From Takakia lepidozioides (taxonomy: Eukaryota; Plantae; Bryophyta), in NCBI GenBank assembly GCA_030704615.1, contig CM060734.1, positions 17,484,001 to 17,548,000 on the forward strand: a stretch of DNA of 64,000 bases, read 5' to 3'. The position numbers and the translations under genes are program-made. The notes beneath the pieces are model-generated. The model made no database searches, was not told where the DNA came from, and worked only from the letters and a program-made list of their open reading frames with translations. How positions within the stretch are numbered: position 1 is the stretch's first letter; every line of letters begins with the position of its first letter. Positions 37,839 to 50,400 of the stretch are shown here, one piece after another.

Positions 37839-38402
37839 TCACGTTGTCAATGGGACTTCGACTGCTCTCAAAACTAGCTCATGAGTCTTCGGGCTCCTCC
37901 AGGTAAACTGGATTGCAGCCGCTGTACCGCACCTGTTGATGTTCACCACAATGTCCTGCCCTTCAATCATACCACCATCGAATATGGAAAGCTTCACGTT
38001 TTCGCCGTCCACACCAATGCGAATGTCCCCATACAATGGAGAAGATGAGCGCACTCCTTCAGGAGTATAAGTCTCTCCGATGGAGTCCACCCACGTCCAC
38101 TGGCAGCAGTTCCACCGCAACAGCATAGCAGTGCGCATTCTTCTGCATGGGTGCCCGTCGTAGCTGGGAAAATCGGAATCAAGGATGCGCAGGAGCCACG
38201 GACTCCTCAGACCCAGATCGTCACCCCGCTCGAAGGCGTACTGGCCTGGGAGATACTCAAAAGCGGACAATGTTTCCACATTCGAACCAGTATCTTCTGT
38301 GTAATCTGTGTACCAGATAACGATGTCTCCCGATGTGGCCGAATACATTGCATAATCGATGCCTCCATAAGGGCAGTCGTCCCGGTTCCGGAAGCACGGC
38401 AT
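37839..38402 (-). CDS. Unknown ~187-aa protein
   Basis: Open frame MPCFRNRDDCPY...ELVLRAVEVP. A protein-level paralog at 38958-39536 supports coding status. Confidence 0.6.
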   Translation of the reverse strand: MPCFRNRDDCPYGGIDYAMYSATSGDIVIWYTDYTEDTGSNVETLSAFEYLPGQYAFERGDDLGLRSPWLLRILDSDFPSYDGHPCRRMRTAMLLRWNCCQWTWVDSIGETYTPEGVRSSSPLYGDIRIGVDGENVKLSIFDGGMIEGQDIVVNINRCGTAAAIQFTWRSPKTHELVLRAVEVPLTT

Positions 38403-38957
38403 CCTTGCAAAGGAGGACCTGAGGACGTGTTTGATGCCGATGAAAATCACCTTGCGGATAGCAACGAAGCCCTTAGATTTTCGAAATGATGAGAAGCGGA
38501 AGAGCAGTGCGGGCTCCAATAATGGACCATCTGGGTCACAAGTACCCACCAATCATCGTGTAACGTGTTCAACAAGCCAGCGGTGGATGAACCGATACCT
38601 CTTTCTCATCCACGGGGTATAGTTTGAAATCTGCCACCGAAGTCCATCCCCCGGATGGAAATTCGGCGCCGCATTTACATCGAAGGGGGATGGACTTCGT
38701 CGTCTCGAGTGGCTATAGGCCCACCTGGCACTTACTGCCCATAGTTTGCATGGCAGGGAAGGAAACTGAATCGGCTACATCCATGGATGAGCAATCTTCA
38801 CCCCTGCAGGTTCCTGTAGGGGGAAATTTAAATGTGCCCTGGAGTATTTGTGACGAATTGCAGCGTTTGCTTGAATTTCTTCCAGCCACCGCGCTGCTAC
38901 CTCCTCTCCATCCGGGAGCTGCTGTCATTGAGCGTACTGCGCTACTCTTTTTCAGGG

Positions 38958-39536
38958 ATGTCGTGCCGCCGAAATCCTGCTGACTGCCCTTATCATGGCC
39001 ACGATTATGCTATGTTCAAACCACAATCAGGAGACATCATTGTCTGGCTTTCACTTTTCACAGACGCATCTGGAATCAAGCGGGAGTCTTTGCCGCAATG
39101 GAGTATCTGGAGGGCTATTACCGCTTTGAGCGAGGTGAGGGCGAGGGTCAATGCGGTCCGTGGGTCCGGAAAATTGTTGACCTCGATATACCAAGGTGGA
39201 ATGGGATGCCGGACAGATCACGCACGGCCTCACTTTGGCGCTGGAACTGCTGCTGCTAGTGGACCAGGGAGGACGGCACTGGGAAAACTATATTCGTGGA
39301 GTTCACTCCGCTTTTCCAGTGTATGGAGACATTCGGCTGAGTTGCGAAGACAAATCGCACGGGCACAGGAGGGCCACAGTGACCTTGTCGATGTATGATG
39401 GTGGTGTGATTGATGGTATGACATTGTCGTCAGCTCCACCAAGGGCACCAGATCGACCGCATTGCAGTTTACCTCGAGATGCCGCATCAGTAATGAGCTA
39501 GTTTTGAGGGCTATCGAAGTTCCGTCGACTTGGTGA
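38958..39536 (+). pseudogene. Frameshifted paralog of the 37839-38402 protein
   Basis: Shared blocks C.RN..DCPY.G.DYAM...SGDI..W, FERG, RWNCC, YGDIR, LS..DGG.I.G, ELVLRA.EVP. Confidence 0.65.
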
Positions 39537-39809
39537 CACCCATGTAGAAGGAGGAAGGGCTTAGATTTGTCTGGAGCTGCTAAATGTGAGACACCGTGTT
39601 CGATCAATAAAACAACCCATCGTACCTCACTTCTGTGTGCTTGTGTTTCATCGTGTTCAAGAACTGCCGTAATTGGCCCACTCTTTACAATTTGAGGTCT
39701 CATTTCTACAATGTGTCTGTCCATATGAATATACCAGAGTCAGCGATATCACAGTCCTGAGGTGAAGAAAATCCATGTACGAGTTGTAGGAAACATGTAC
39801 ACGCCGAAG

Positions 39810-40860
39810 CTCGAAAATTCGGCACCGCATTCCATTTTCTCCATGAAGCTTTTTCTGGCAGCTCCCTTTCCTCCGCTGTCGTCGTAACGAAAATGCTGTA
39901 AAACATTTCATTTCCTGACATGGCATTACCATACTTCGAATTTGAAATGCGGCGCCGCAACACCATATTCGACCTTGCACTATCCAAGCATGTTTAGTCG
40001 GTAATGCTTGTCCATGTCCATACTTGAAATGCGGCACCGCATTTCCATGTCCGTCATCGAAATTTCGTACCGGACAATGAAATGCGGCACAGCATTTCCG
40101 GAGAGCACAATGGAATGCGGTGCCGCATTTCCGTCGAAGGTCTGGAATTGGACAAACAACGATGGAAGTTCTGGAAATGCGGCACCGCATTTCCATGTCT
40201 GTCATCAAAATATCGAATCGGACAATGGAATGCGGTGCCGCATTTCCGTCCATCAAGACGGAATGCCCACACGGGTCTGGAATTGGACAAACAACGATGT
40301 CTGTTTTGGAAATGCGGCGCCGCATTTCCCATGTTGGGCAATTGAAAGTTTTTATAGGACAATGTAAGTTTTTATAGGACGATGGAATGCGGTGCCGCAT
40401 TTCGGTCAAAGGGTCTGGAATTGGGCAAACATCGATGTCCCTTTTGGAAATGCGGCGCCGCATTTCCATGTACGTCATTGAAATTTCTTATTGGACAATG
40501 GAATGCGGTGCCGCATTCCCATCTAGCATCATGGAATTGGGAGCCCAAGAACGTCGATGGGTCTGCAGTGGGAAAAATGACCATCTCCAAAAGGTAAATG
40601 CGGCACCGCATTTCCATGTTCGACCTCCGCATTTCGATTTACATCCATGGAAGGAGCTGCCAATCGGCAAAACTGCCGTGTCGGAAACGGAAATGCGGCA
40701 CCGCATTTCCGTTTGTCCGAACAGTTTCTGATGTCCAAACCATGAATCGGAAATTTGTTTTTTCCCCAGTTTTGGAAATGCGGTGCCGCATTTCCAAACG
40801 AGGTTTTTGCAGTTGCCACATTTCTGTTCAGACATTGAAATGCGGTGCCGCATTTCTGAT
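39810..40860. repeat. Array of palindromic GAAATGCGG(C/T)(G/A)CCGCATTTC motifs
   Basis: About 20 copies at irregular 35-85-bp spacing. Confidence 0.85.
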
Positions 40861-41577
40861 TTTGGGAGGGACCATGTCGCGCACCTCACTTCGATAAGCT
40901 CCCCTTCAAGTCATAGTTACTCGCTTTGATGCGCGCGCCTGACTCCCAACCTGGCCGCCCGGGCCAACTTGGAGCTTCGGCTGCTCACCGGGACATAACG
41001 GTCCCCCTTTGCTTCCCACTAAACCCTCCACCTATTTGGGACTAGGAGAATTCCCTTTGGTAGATGGCAGTCCGGAACAGCTCCCCACTCTTTGGTCGCT
41101 TTCCGGCTCGCTCGCTTACTCACTAGTTTTTGGTCACCAACGGGCTTGCACCGTTCTCGGGGTCACTACTCCCCTTATATATACTTCTATAGCTGTCCGC
41201 GCGGGTTTCACAACCAGCAATGAGAAATGTATCTTTTAGGGTTATGGTATAGGTTTAGGTTTAATAACTGCCATCATTTATGATGGTAGTTTTATTATTC
41301 TCTTGGATTTTATAATAGGTAACCATTATTTATGTAGATCATCCAGTTTAGATGAAAAAAATAGATGGTAACTCTAGCTTTCTGTATATTAAGTTTCATC
41401 ATCCAATAAAATAAAATCATCCAGATTTGGATGAAAAAGGCAGGGATGAAAAACTAAATAACCTCAAAAGGTTAAGGCCAGATGAAATCCAAAGATTTAC
41501 AGAGGGAGAGGGAGAGAGGGAGAGAGAGGGACCCACTTGCCAATCCCCTGGCATGGCAGAACCTTACAGAGTAAGTG

Positions 41578-43530
41578 TGGTATGCACTCACCCCGTAAGG
41601 GAGTGCATACCAGACCTCTTCTCATAAGGTTTTCCCTCTTCCATGTAGTTCTATCCTCAGATAATATTTATCCAAAGGAGTAGAATCCTACATCCTCACT
41701 TCCTCGGATCAAGAATGAAATGATGGCATAAAATGTATCATAGCAACACTAGTATAGTATCACTTAGAAAAGAACGTAGAGTTCAATGATATAACATAGC
41801 TCTGTATAGGTTCTTAGAAAGTACTTTTCAGTTTCTCAATAAGCTCTTATACAGGGAAGAGCAGGCCAGGGAATGAACCACGTTCAAGGAATTTTGTCAA
41901 GATACGAGCAAGTTTTCTGGTCTTGAAACCATTCCTCCCAAGAGTGTTAATCAGAATGCTACACTCCTTCCCAGCCAGAACAGCATTGCTGGAAATGTAT
42001 AGAATAGGCACAGCTTGTGAAATCACAATGTTGTAAGATTGATTCACAGGCCTATTGGATAAGAGCTGGATATATTGAGTGTAAGAGAAAGGAAGTAGTC
42101 TTCTCTTGTCATATTTCTGGAAATGGAACTCACTTGTGTCACAGTTTGAGACTGTAATCTGGATATTCATGAAACAAGCTTCCAACCCCACGTATTGGGA
42201 ATCGTTTTTAGTGCGTAGTAGCTCAGGTTTGATCTCCACTACATTGAGTGGGTAGATCCACCAAGGATTATTGCTGCTTCTGTCTGCCCGTGGGTGCAGG
42301 AATAGCATTGCATCACCCACATTTAGCCAGCATATATCATCAATGTATCTGAAGGCAGATTTAAACATAGACATAAGCTGGAATTGTCCTAAAGCTGCAA
42401 GCCTTTAGATGAATTTGATTTCATAAGAAAGGAAGTACATGTTGCACCATAATGGTGAGCATGAAAAACCCATAGGTATTCCAGAAATCTGCTGCCATAC
42501 ACGGTCCCCTAAGGCGACAAAACAGTGTGACATAAGCCATTTGTGGAGCATAAGTAGTTTGACTTCAGAAAGTTCAATCCAGGTACCTGATTTTGGGGAA
42601 GACGTGCCCCATCTACTTTTTCCAAAAGTACCGTTTTTGGCTGGAATCCATAGAGTATGACGTGCTCGGGGGGTGAGACCGATGGTGTTGCTGGAATGCA
42701 ATCTTCACCACGTATTCAATGGCGTCCCCTAAGTTATCCTGTCTTGTCAAAGGTATGTTCTCATAGCATTGTGTAATGTCAGCAACAAAGATGTTATGGA
42801 TTTTTTCAGGCAGGTTTAGTGTAAAGTCAGTGATGGAATCGATAATCCAATACATAGCAGTAGATACTTTGAAAAATTGCTCATAAGTATCCAGCCTTGT
42901 CTTGGCCCATTCTTTTACCAATGGTAGAAGATCCATGGTAGCCCTTGTAAGAAGGCTAGCAAGTTCACTGAAAACACATTTATGGGCATTGGTAATCCAT
43001 CTGTATTTTTTCTTATGTAGCTTGTAGATTCCCATAATGTCAGGTAATCTACAGGATGGAGCAGGTATCTCCGGAATCAGACTCTGTATTCCCACGGAAA
43101 TGTTTCCTAGAACAAGGTCAGGTGGCAGCTATACCTCAGCTTGCTTGCATGGTGTAAAGTCTTTACCCATCAGTCTGTGGAAGGCTTGAGTTCTTATGTG
43201 CTTCACACACATAAAACATACGTTGTTGTTAGCCTTGTCAAGACCAAAAAAATACAGGTGATTGAGAAGCCATGAAAGTTCATCTTTTGCCTCTTTTACA
43301 GTAAGAGGATTGTGCTCATGGTGAGTGAAGTCGTACCTTCCTCTGCCGGCTTTTTGTTTCAATCTATCCCAGCATGTGTTTTTTACCCATTGGCTGCAGG
43401 ATGCTGCCCAAGATTCACATGGGTCTATATGTAAAATTTCACAAGTTCTATGGAAAGCCAGAGACACTTGTTCAACAACGTCTTTCAGCAAAGTACGTTT
43501 GAGAGGGATGTGATTCATACCTAGGCTGAA
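41578..43530 (-). mobile_element. Penelope-like retroelement (Naiad/Chlamys-like RT), 5' truncated, decayed
   Basis: GLDKANNN, YKLHKKKYRWI, ADITQCYENIP, GIPMGFSCSP, FRYIDDI and YDKRR...SNRP....Y.IVISQ thumb. No C-terminal GIY-YIG. The 3' UTR ends in a 12-bp hairpin. Confidence 0.85.
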
Positions 43531-43532
43531 TA

Positions 43533-43700
43533 GGGGGGCTGTTATTTCATGAGCGGCATGAGCATGAGCGGAAAAAAAAAAAAAGCATGAGCAGACCATT
43601 GTAAGTCCACGGAAATAGGGTTAGGAGGCACGGAAATAGGGTCATGTGAAGTTGGAATGTGACACCAGTGGACTTGAAATGCAACATTTTATTGCATTTA
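43533..43700. mobile_element. Left TIR of a MULE-like element, truncating the PLE
   Basis: Reverse complement of ~32655-32832. Confidence 0.7.
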
Positions 43701-43704
43701 CTTG

Positions 43705-44865
43705 CCGAAAATGGCTAAGTCCCAGATCTGACTGGGCCGGGAACTGGAAAAATGGCGCCGAATTTCCGATTTTGGTGCCAGTCAGATCTGGGACTTAGCC
43801 ATTTTAGGCCCCGAACTAGAAAAATGGCGTTTTTTTTTTTTTTTTTTTTTTTTTTGTTTTTTTTTTTTCGGTGCCATTTTACTAGTTCGGGGCCGAAAAT
43901 GGCTAAGTCCTAGATCTGACTGGGCCCGGAACTGGAAAAATGGCACCGAATTTCCGATTTTGGTGCCAGCCACCCTAGGGACTTAGCCATTTTCGGCCCC
44001 GAACTGGAAAAATGATGCCATTTTTCCAGTTCGGGGCCGAAAATGGCTAAGTCCCAGATCTGAAAGGGCGCGGAACTGGAAAAATGGTGCCGAATTTCCA
44101 GTTGCGGTTCCAGCCATCGTAGGGACTTAGCCATTTTCAAGGCCCGGAACTGGGAAAATGGCGCCATTTTTCCATTTCGGGCCGAAAATGGCTAAGTCCC
44201 AGATCTGACTGAGCCCCGAACTGGAAAAATGGCGCCGAATTTCCGATTTTGGGTGCCAGCCAGATCTGGGACTTTGCCGTTTTCGGCCCCGAACTGGAAG
44301 AATGGCCGTTTTTAATTTTTATTTTATTTTATTTTATTTCAGCACCATTTTTCTTGTTCGGGGCCGAAATGGCTAAGTCCCAGATCTGACTGGGCCCAGA
44401 ACTGGAAAAATGGCGCCGAATTTCCGATTTTGGGTGCCAGTCAGATCTGGGACTTAGCCGTTTTCGGCCCCGAACTAGAAAAATGGCGTTTTTTTTTTTT
44501 TTTTTTTTTCGGCGCCATTTTTCCATTTCGGGGCCGAAAATGGCTAAGTCCCGGATCTGACTGGGCCCAGAACTGGAAAAATGGGGCCGAATTTCCGATT
44601 TTGGGTGCCAGTCAGATCTGGGACTTAGCCGTTTTCGGCCCCGAACTGAAAAAATGGCGTTTTTTTTTTTTTTTTTTTTTTTTTTTTTGTTTTTTGTTTT
44701 TTTTGTTCTGGTTTTTTTCGGCGCCATTTTTCCATTTCGGGCCGAAAATGGCTAAGTCCCAGATCTGACTGGCCCAGAACTGGAAAAATGGCGCCGAATT
44801 TCCGATTTTGGGTGCTAGTCACATCTCGGACTTAGCCGTTTTCGGCCCCGAACTGGTAAAAAGGC

Positions 44866-44919
<54 letters not shown>

Positions 44920-45072
44920 CCGGCGCCATTTTTTCATTTCGGGCCCGAAAATGGCTAAGTCCCAGATCTGACTGGGCCCAGAACTGGAAAAATGGCGCCG
45001 AATTTCCGGTTTTGGGTGCCAGTCAGATCTGGGCCTTAGCCGTTTTCGGCCCCGAACAAGACAAATGGCGTT

Positions 45073-45107
<35 letters not shown>

Positions 45108-46095
45108 CTTTTTTTTTTTCGGCGCAATTTTTCCATTTCGGGCCCGAAAATGGCTAAGTCCCAGATCTGACTGGGCCCAGAACTGGAAAAATGGAGCCGA
45201 ATTTCCGATTTTGTGTGCCAGTCAGATCTGGGACTTAGCCGTTTTCGGCCCCGAACAAGACAAATGACATTTTTTATTTTATTTTATTTTATTTTTTCCG
45301 GCGCCATTTTTTCATTTCGGGCCTGAAAATGGCTAAGTCCCAGATCTGACTGGGCCCAGAACTGGAAAAATGGCGCCGAATTTCCGGTTTTGGGTGCCAG
45401 TCAGATCTGGGCCTTAGCCGTTTTCGGCCCCGAACAAGACAAATGGCGTTTTTTTTTTTTTTTTCTTTTTTTTTTTTCGGCGCAATTTTTCCATTTCGGG
45501 CCCGAAAATGGCTAAGTCCCAGATCTGACTGGGCCCAGAACTGGAAAAATGGAGCCGAATTTCCGATTTTGTGTGCCAGTCAGATCTGGGACTTAGCCGT
45601 TTTCGGCCCCGAACAAGACAAATGACATTTTTTATTTTATTTTATTTTATTTTTTCCGGCGCCATTTTTCTATTTCGGGCCCGAAAATGGCTAAGTCCCA
45701 GATCTGACTGGGCCCAGAACTGGAAAAATGGAGCCGAATTTCCGATTTTGTGTGCCAGTCAGATCTGGGACTTAGCCGTTTTCGGCCCCGAACAAGACAA
45801 ATGACATTTTTTATTTTATTTTATTTTATTTTTTCCGGCGCCATTTTTCCATTTCGGGCCCGAAAATGGCTAAGTCCCAGATCTGACTGGCCCCAGAACT
45901 GGAAAAATGGAGCCGAATTTCCGATTTTGGGTGCCAGTCAGATCTGGGACTTAGCCGTTTTCGGCCCCGAAGTGGAAAAATGGCGTTTTTTTTTTTTTGT
46001 TTCTTTTTCCGCGCCATTTTTCCATTTCCGGGCCGAAAATGGCTAAGTCCCAGATCTGACTGGCACCAAAATCGGAAATTCGGCGCCATTTTTCC
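43705..46095. repeat. ~180-bp satellite with internally palindromic monomer and poly-T spacer
   Basis: gaaaatggctaagtcccagatctgactgg...ccagtcagatctgggacttagccgttttc, about 13 monomers. Confidence 0.9.
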
Positions 46096-47435
46096 AGTCA
46101 TGCAGGTAATTCGAAGAGCAGATGGATGGAAATCCGGCGCCGGATTTCCATCCGCCAGGTAAGTCGGCGCGCAAATTTCCGTCATGCAGGTAATTCGAAG
46201 AGCGGATGGATGAAAATCCGGCGCCGGATTTCCATCCGCCAGTAGGTCGGCACGCAAAATTCCATCATGCAGGTAATTCGAAGAGCGGATGGATGGAAAT
46301 CCGGCGCCGGATCTCCATCCGCCAGCTAGGTCGGCGCGCAAAATTTCCGTCATGCAGGTAATTCGAAGAGCGGATGGATGGAAATCCGGCGCCGGATTTC
46401 CATCCGCGCAGGTAGGGCGGCGCGCGAAATTTCCCTCACGCAGGTAATTCCGAAGCGGATGGATGGAAATCGGGCGCCAGATTTCCATCCGCGCAGGTAG
46501 GGCGGCGCGCGAAATTTCCCTCAAGAAGGTAATTCGGAGGCGGATGGATGGAAATCCGGCGCCGGATTTCCATCCGCAAGGTTGGTCGAGAGCGGATGGA
46601 TGGAGATCCGGCGCCGAATTTCCATCCTGCAGGTAACTCGAATCCCGGATGGATGGAAATCCGGCGCCGAATTTCCATCCAGCAGGTAAGTCGGATCGCT
46701 GGCGTATGGATATTCGGCGCCGAATTTCCATTCGCCAGGAATTTCAAAGTGCTGAATTACCTTCCTGCAGGTAATTCTGAGCGTGTCCGATTGATTTTTC
46801 GGATTTTTCTTGGAATCCTTCACTGCTAGAGGCAAATCGGAACAGCCTCGGACGGAAATTCGGCGCCGTTTTTCCATTCTGGGAGGTTTCGGCGACTTCC
46901 TTTGAGGGGGCCCGATGGAAATTCGGCGCCGAATTTCCATCCGGGGGATGGTCTCTGTCGGAGAGGTGCCGGCCTCTCCGCCGCTCTGTTGGATATTCGG
47001 TGCCGAGTTTCCGTCCGGGGTTGAAATATGACGGCCAGGTGCTGGCCTCTCCCCCCTCCCCGACTGCATTGGAACGGCCGGATGGAAATTCGGCGCCGTT
47101 TTTCCATCTGGGGAGGTTTTTACGACTTCCTTTGAGGGGGCCCCGATGGAAATTCGGCGCCGAATTTCCATCCGGGGGATGGTCTCTGTCGGAGAGGTGC
47201 CGGCCTCTCCGCCGCTTTGTTGGATATTCGGTGCCGAATTTTCGTCCGGGGGTTGAAATATGACGGCCAGGTGCCGGCCTCTCCCCCCTCCCCGACTGCA
47301 TTGGAACGGCCCCGGATTGAAATTCGGCGCCGTTTTTTCCATCTGGGGTGGTTTTTATGTCGACCAGTTTTTCGGTCTGACCCCCCGACACGACTTCCTT
47401 TGGGGGGGCCCCGATGGAAATTCGGCACCGAATCT
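46096..47435. repeat. Tandem repeats (~60-85 bp, then ~230 bp) built on GGATGGAAATCCGGCGCCGGATTTCCATCC palindromes
   Basis: Seen directly in the sequence. Confidence 0.85.
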
Positions 47436-47440
47436 CAATC

Positions 47441-50400
47441 AGTGGTAATCGAGTCTCTAATTTTCCCCACCCAGAGACTTCGTTGACTTTGAAGTCTGGG
47501 ATATGTCATAAAGCTGACTTGTGAATGAAGAATGGTCGATAATGAGGCCGATTTGTCGTTCGTTTTACAATGACCTTGTCAGGTCTTTGTCCATGTCTCA
47601 ACGAGACATAAGTATCTTCCATCTCTGATTTAGACCAGTGTACTTGGTGGTTCTTGTACACATTATCAACCAATCTCCCTTCTGTTTTTTCAGTTTTATG
47701 TTTGATTTACTAACACCTTGGTCTGAGCATGACAAAAGGTTATCAAATACGTTCCTGATTGAAGTGATGAACCCAAGGCAATGGGAAGGCCGAAGCCATG
47801 AGATATCAGCCTCTCTCTCCCGCCATGACCACGGTGTGGAGCAAGCAAGTCCTTCATAAGGTAAGATCTCTCCAGCAAAAATATGTTGGCTAATTGGGCA
47901 TGGAGAGTAAGGCATCCTCGAGGTACCTGAGATAAGCATAGAACATCTATAGGGCTTATGAATGCTGAAATTTTGAGCTAGGCCTCGGTAAGACAGCTTG
48001 CTGGAGTAGACGTGTACGCCTAATACATGATCCGGTCAATGCACATTACTCTTGTTTGCCGGTCCCCTGTAGCCGATGCCTTATGTCAGATTTAGATACC
48101 TTACGATAAGAATGAGTTCCATTTCTTTGGCTCAAATGTTTCTATGTTTTCTCCTGGTTATGGCTTTGCTCTTTATAGCACCATAAAAAAATACCCAATT
48201 ATGATATGCTGCTGGTAGATGTTTTGTCTGAATATAACCAGGTGGTAAACCCCTGCCAGACTTCATCACCTAAGTCCCAATACCTACCTGCCCCCTTTGG
48301 TTTTGTACACATGTTTTACCCAAAACAAGGGGTGGGTAAACACTAAAAGTTTGATATAAGATTTCCCGATTGTTTACTTTATGACAATCACTAGGGCGAC
48401 TATCTCTTGTTCCCTATGGCATACTGATGTGACAATGGAGCAATGATATGACAAGCTGATGGCTTTAAAGAATTTATCCGGTAACATGCTACAATGTAGG
48501 GCAGACCTGTTTTCATGACCAGACAGTGTTCTTGAATGTACAAGCATTGGAAACTTAGCCTCTTTTAGAAGCCGTTACTCTAGGACACTTGATACCATGC
48601 CAAACTGATATGGATGGATCTTTTGTGGCCGCCAAATCTGGTCCTTGGTTTATTGCCCTTGAATGTTTACCTATTTTCCAAAACGGTAAGACATTGGTAG
48701 ATGCGAAGAGAATGATTCAGGCATTGTATTCAAGTCGCTTTAGGATAAAATAATACCAAAGTAACCTGGCAGGCCTGATGGGATGAGCAATTCAGATTTT
48801 TGTGTTTCCTATGGATGATTGCATGGAACGTAAATCTGATTACAGCCTGTTATGGTAATGATTTCCCTACCCAGACATAGAACTTGGTCTTGGGGCATGG
48901 AATAAGAGGTGGGAATATTACTCTACTACCCTGTCATTGAAATTACACCCCAGCCCCAGATCTAAAACAGATCAGGGGGCAAAAAACATGGTGTCATAAG
49001 TGACTTGATGTGCAAAATAGGGCAGCTGATTACCCCTGTTGTATAAGCTGCCAATATCAGTCCGTAACCCTGCTTTGGTGATGTTCTTTATGTAAAGAAA
49101 TGCTCTTATTTTGTTCTTAAGCCTCTATGATCATAATGGCTTCTTTAAGACAAACAGACATTTTCCAGCCATGAACAGTGATCAATGGATCTTTATTTGG
49201 ACATGGATACTTACTGCTCAGTCACTTTGGTATGTCCCATGATAACAAAGAAACCCAAAACTATACTAGTTTTTGGGCCAACGATAAATTAGGATGGTTT
49301 GGTTATGCCTTGGTATGTTAACTGACCAAAAAAAATACAGACTGAATGACATGGCATGTCATGAATGGCACTTTTTAGCATTCCTTAACAACGGTTTCCT
49401 GCATGAACCCAGTGGTAATCGAGTCTCTATTTTCCCCACCCAGAGACTTCGTTGACTTTGAAGTCTGTGATTTGTCATAAAGCTGACTTTTGAAATGAAG
49501 AATGGTCGATAATGAGGCCGATTTGTCGTTCGTTTTACAATTGACTTGTCAGGTCTTGTCCATGTCCGACGAGACATAAGTATCTTCCCTCTCTGATTTA
49601 GACCAGTGTACTTGGTGGTTCTTGTACACATTATCAACCAATCTCCCTTCTGTTTTTTCAGTTTTATGTTTGATTTACTAACACCTTGGTCTGAGCATGA
49701 CAAAAGGTTATCAAATATGTTCCTGATTGAAGTGATGAACCCAAGGCAATGGGAAGGCCGAAGCCATGAGATATCAGCCTCCTCTCCCGCCATGACCACG
49801 GTGTGGAGCAAGCAAGTCCTTCATAAGGTAAGATCTTCTCCAGCAAAAATATGTTGGCTAATTGGGCATGGAGAGTAAGGCATCCTCGAAGGTACCTGAG
49901 ATAAGCATAGAACATCTATAGGGCTTATGAATGCTGAAATTTTGAGCTAGGCCTCGGTAAGACAGCTTGCTGGAGTAGACGTGTACACCTAATACATGAT
50001 CCGGTCAATGCACATTACTCTTGTTTGCCGGTCCCCTGTAGCCGATGCCTTATGTCAGATTTAGATACCTTACGATAAGAATGAGTTCCATTTCTTTGGC
50101 TCAAATGTTTCTATGTTTTCTCCTGGTTATGGCTTTGCTCTTTATAGCACCATAAAAAAATACCCAATTATGATATGCTGCTGGTAGATGTTTTGTCTGA
50201 ATATAACCAGGTGGTAAACCCCTGCCAGACTTCATTACCTAAGTCCCAATACCTGCCCCCTTTGGTTTTGTACACATGTTTTACCCAAAACAAGGGGTGG
50301 GTAAACACTAAAAGTTTGATATAAGATTTCCCGATTGTTACTTTATGACAATCATTAGGGCGACTATCTCTTGTTCCCTATGGCATACTGATGTGACAAT

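Noticed and set aside
39810-40860. CRISPR-like palindromic repeats with spacers
   Set aside because: Spacers are themselves repetitive and irregular, no cas genes are present, and the context is eukaryotic.
41578-41612. Helitron 3' hairpin
   Set aside because: No CTRR terminus and no Rep/helicase; the hairpin follows a Penelope-like RT.
41578-41700. Canonical hammerhead ribozyme
   Set aside because: CTGAGGA is present but is not followed by stem II-GAAA and is not conserved in the 37.3-kb copy.
45826-47391. Long ORFs (301, 273, 215 aa), and similar ones at 39657-40897
   Set aside because: Translations of stop-poor palindromic repeats, open on both strands.
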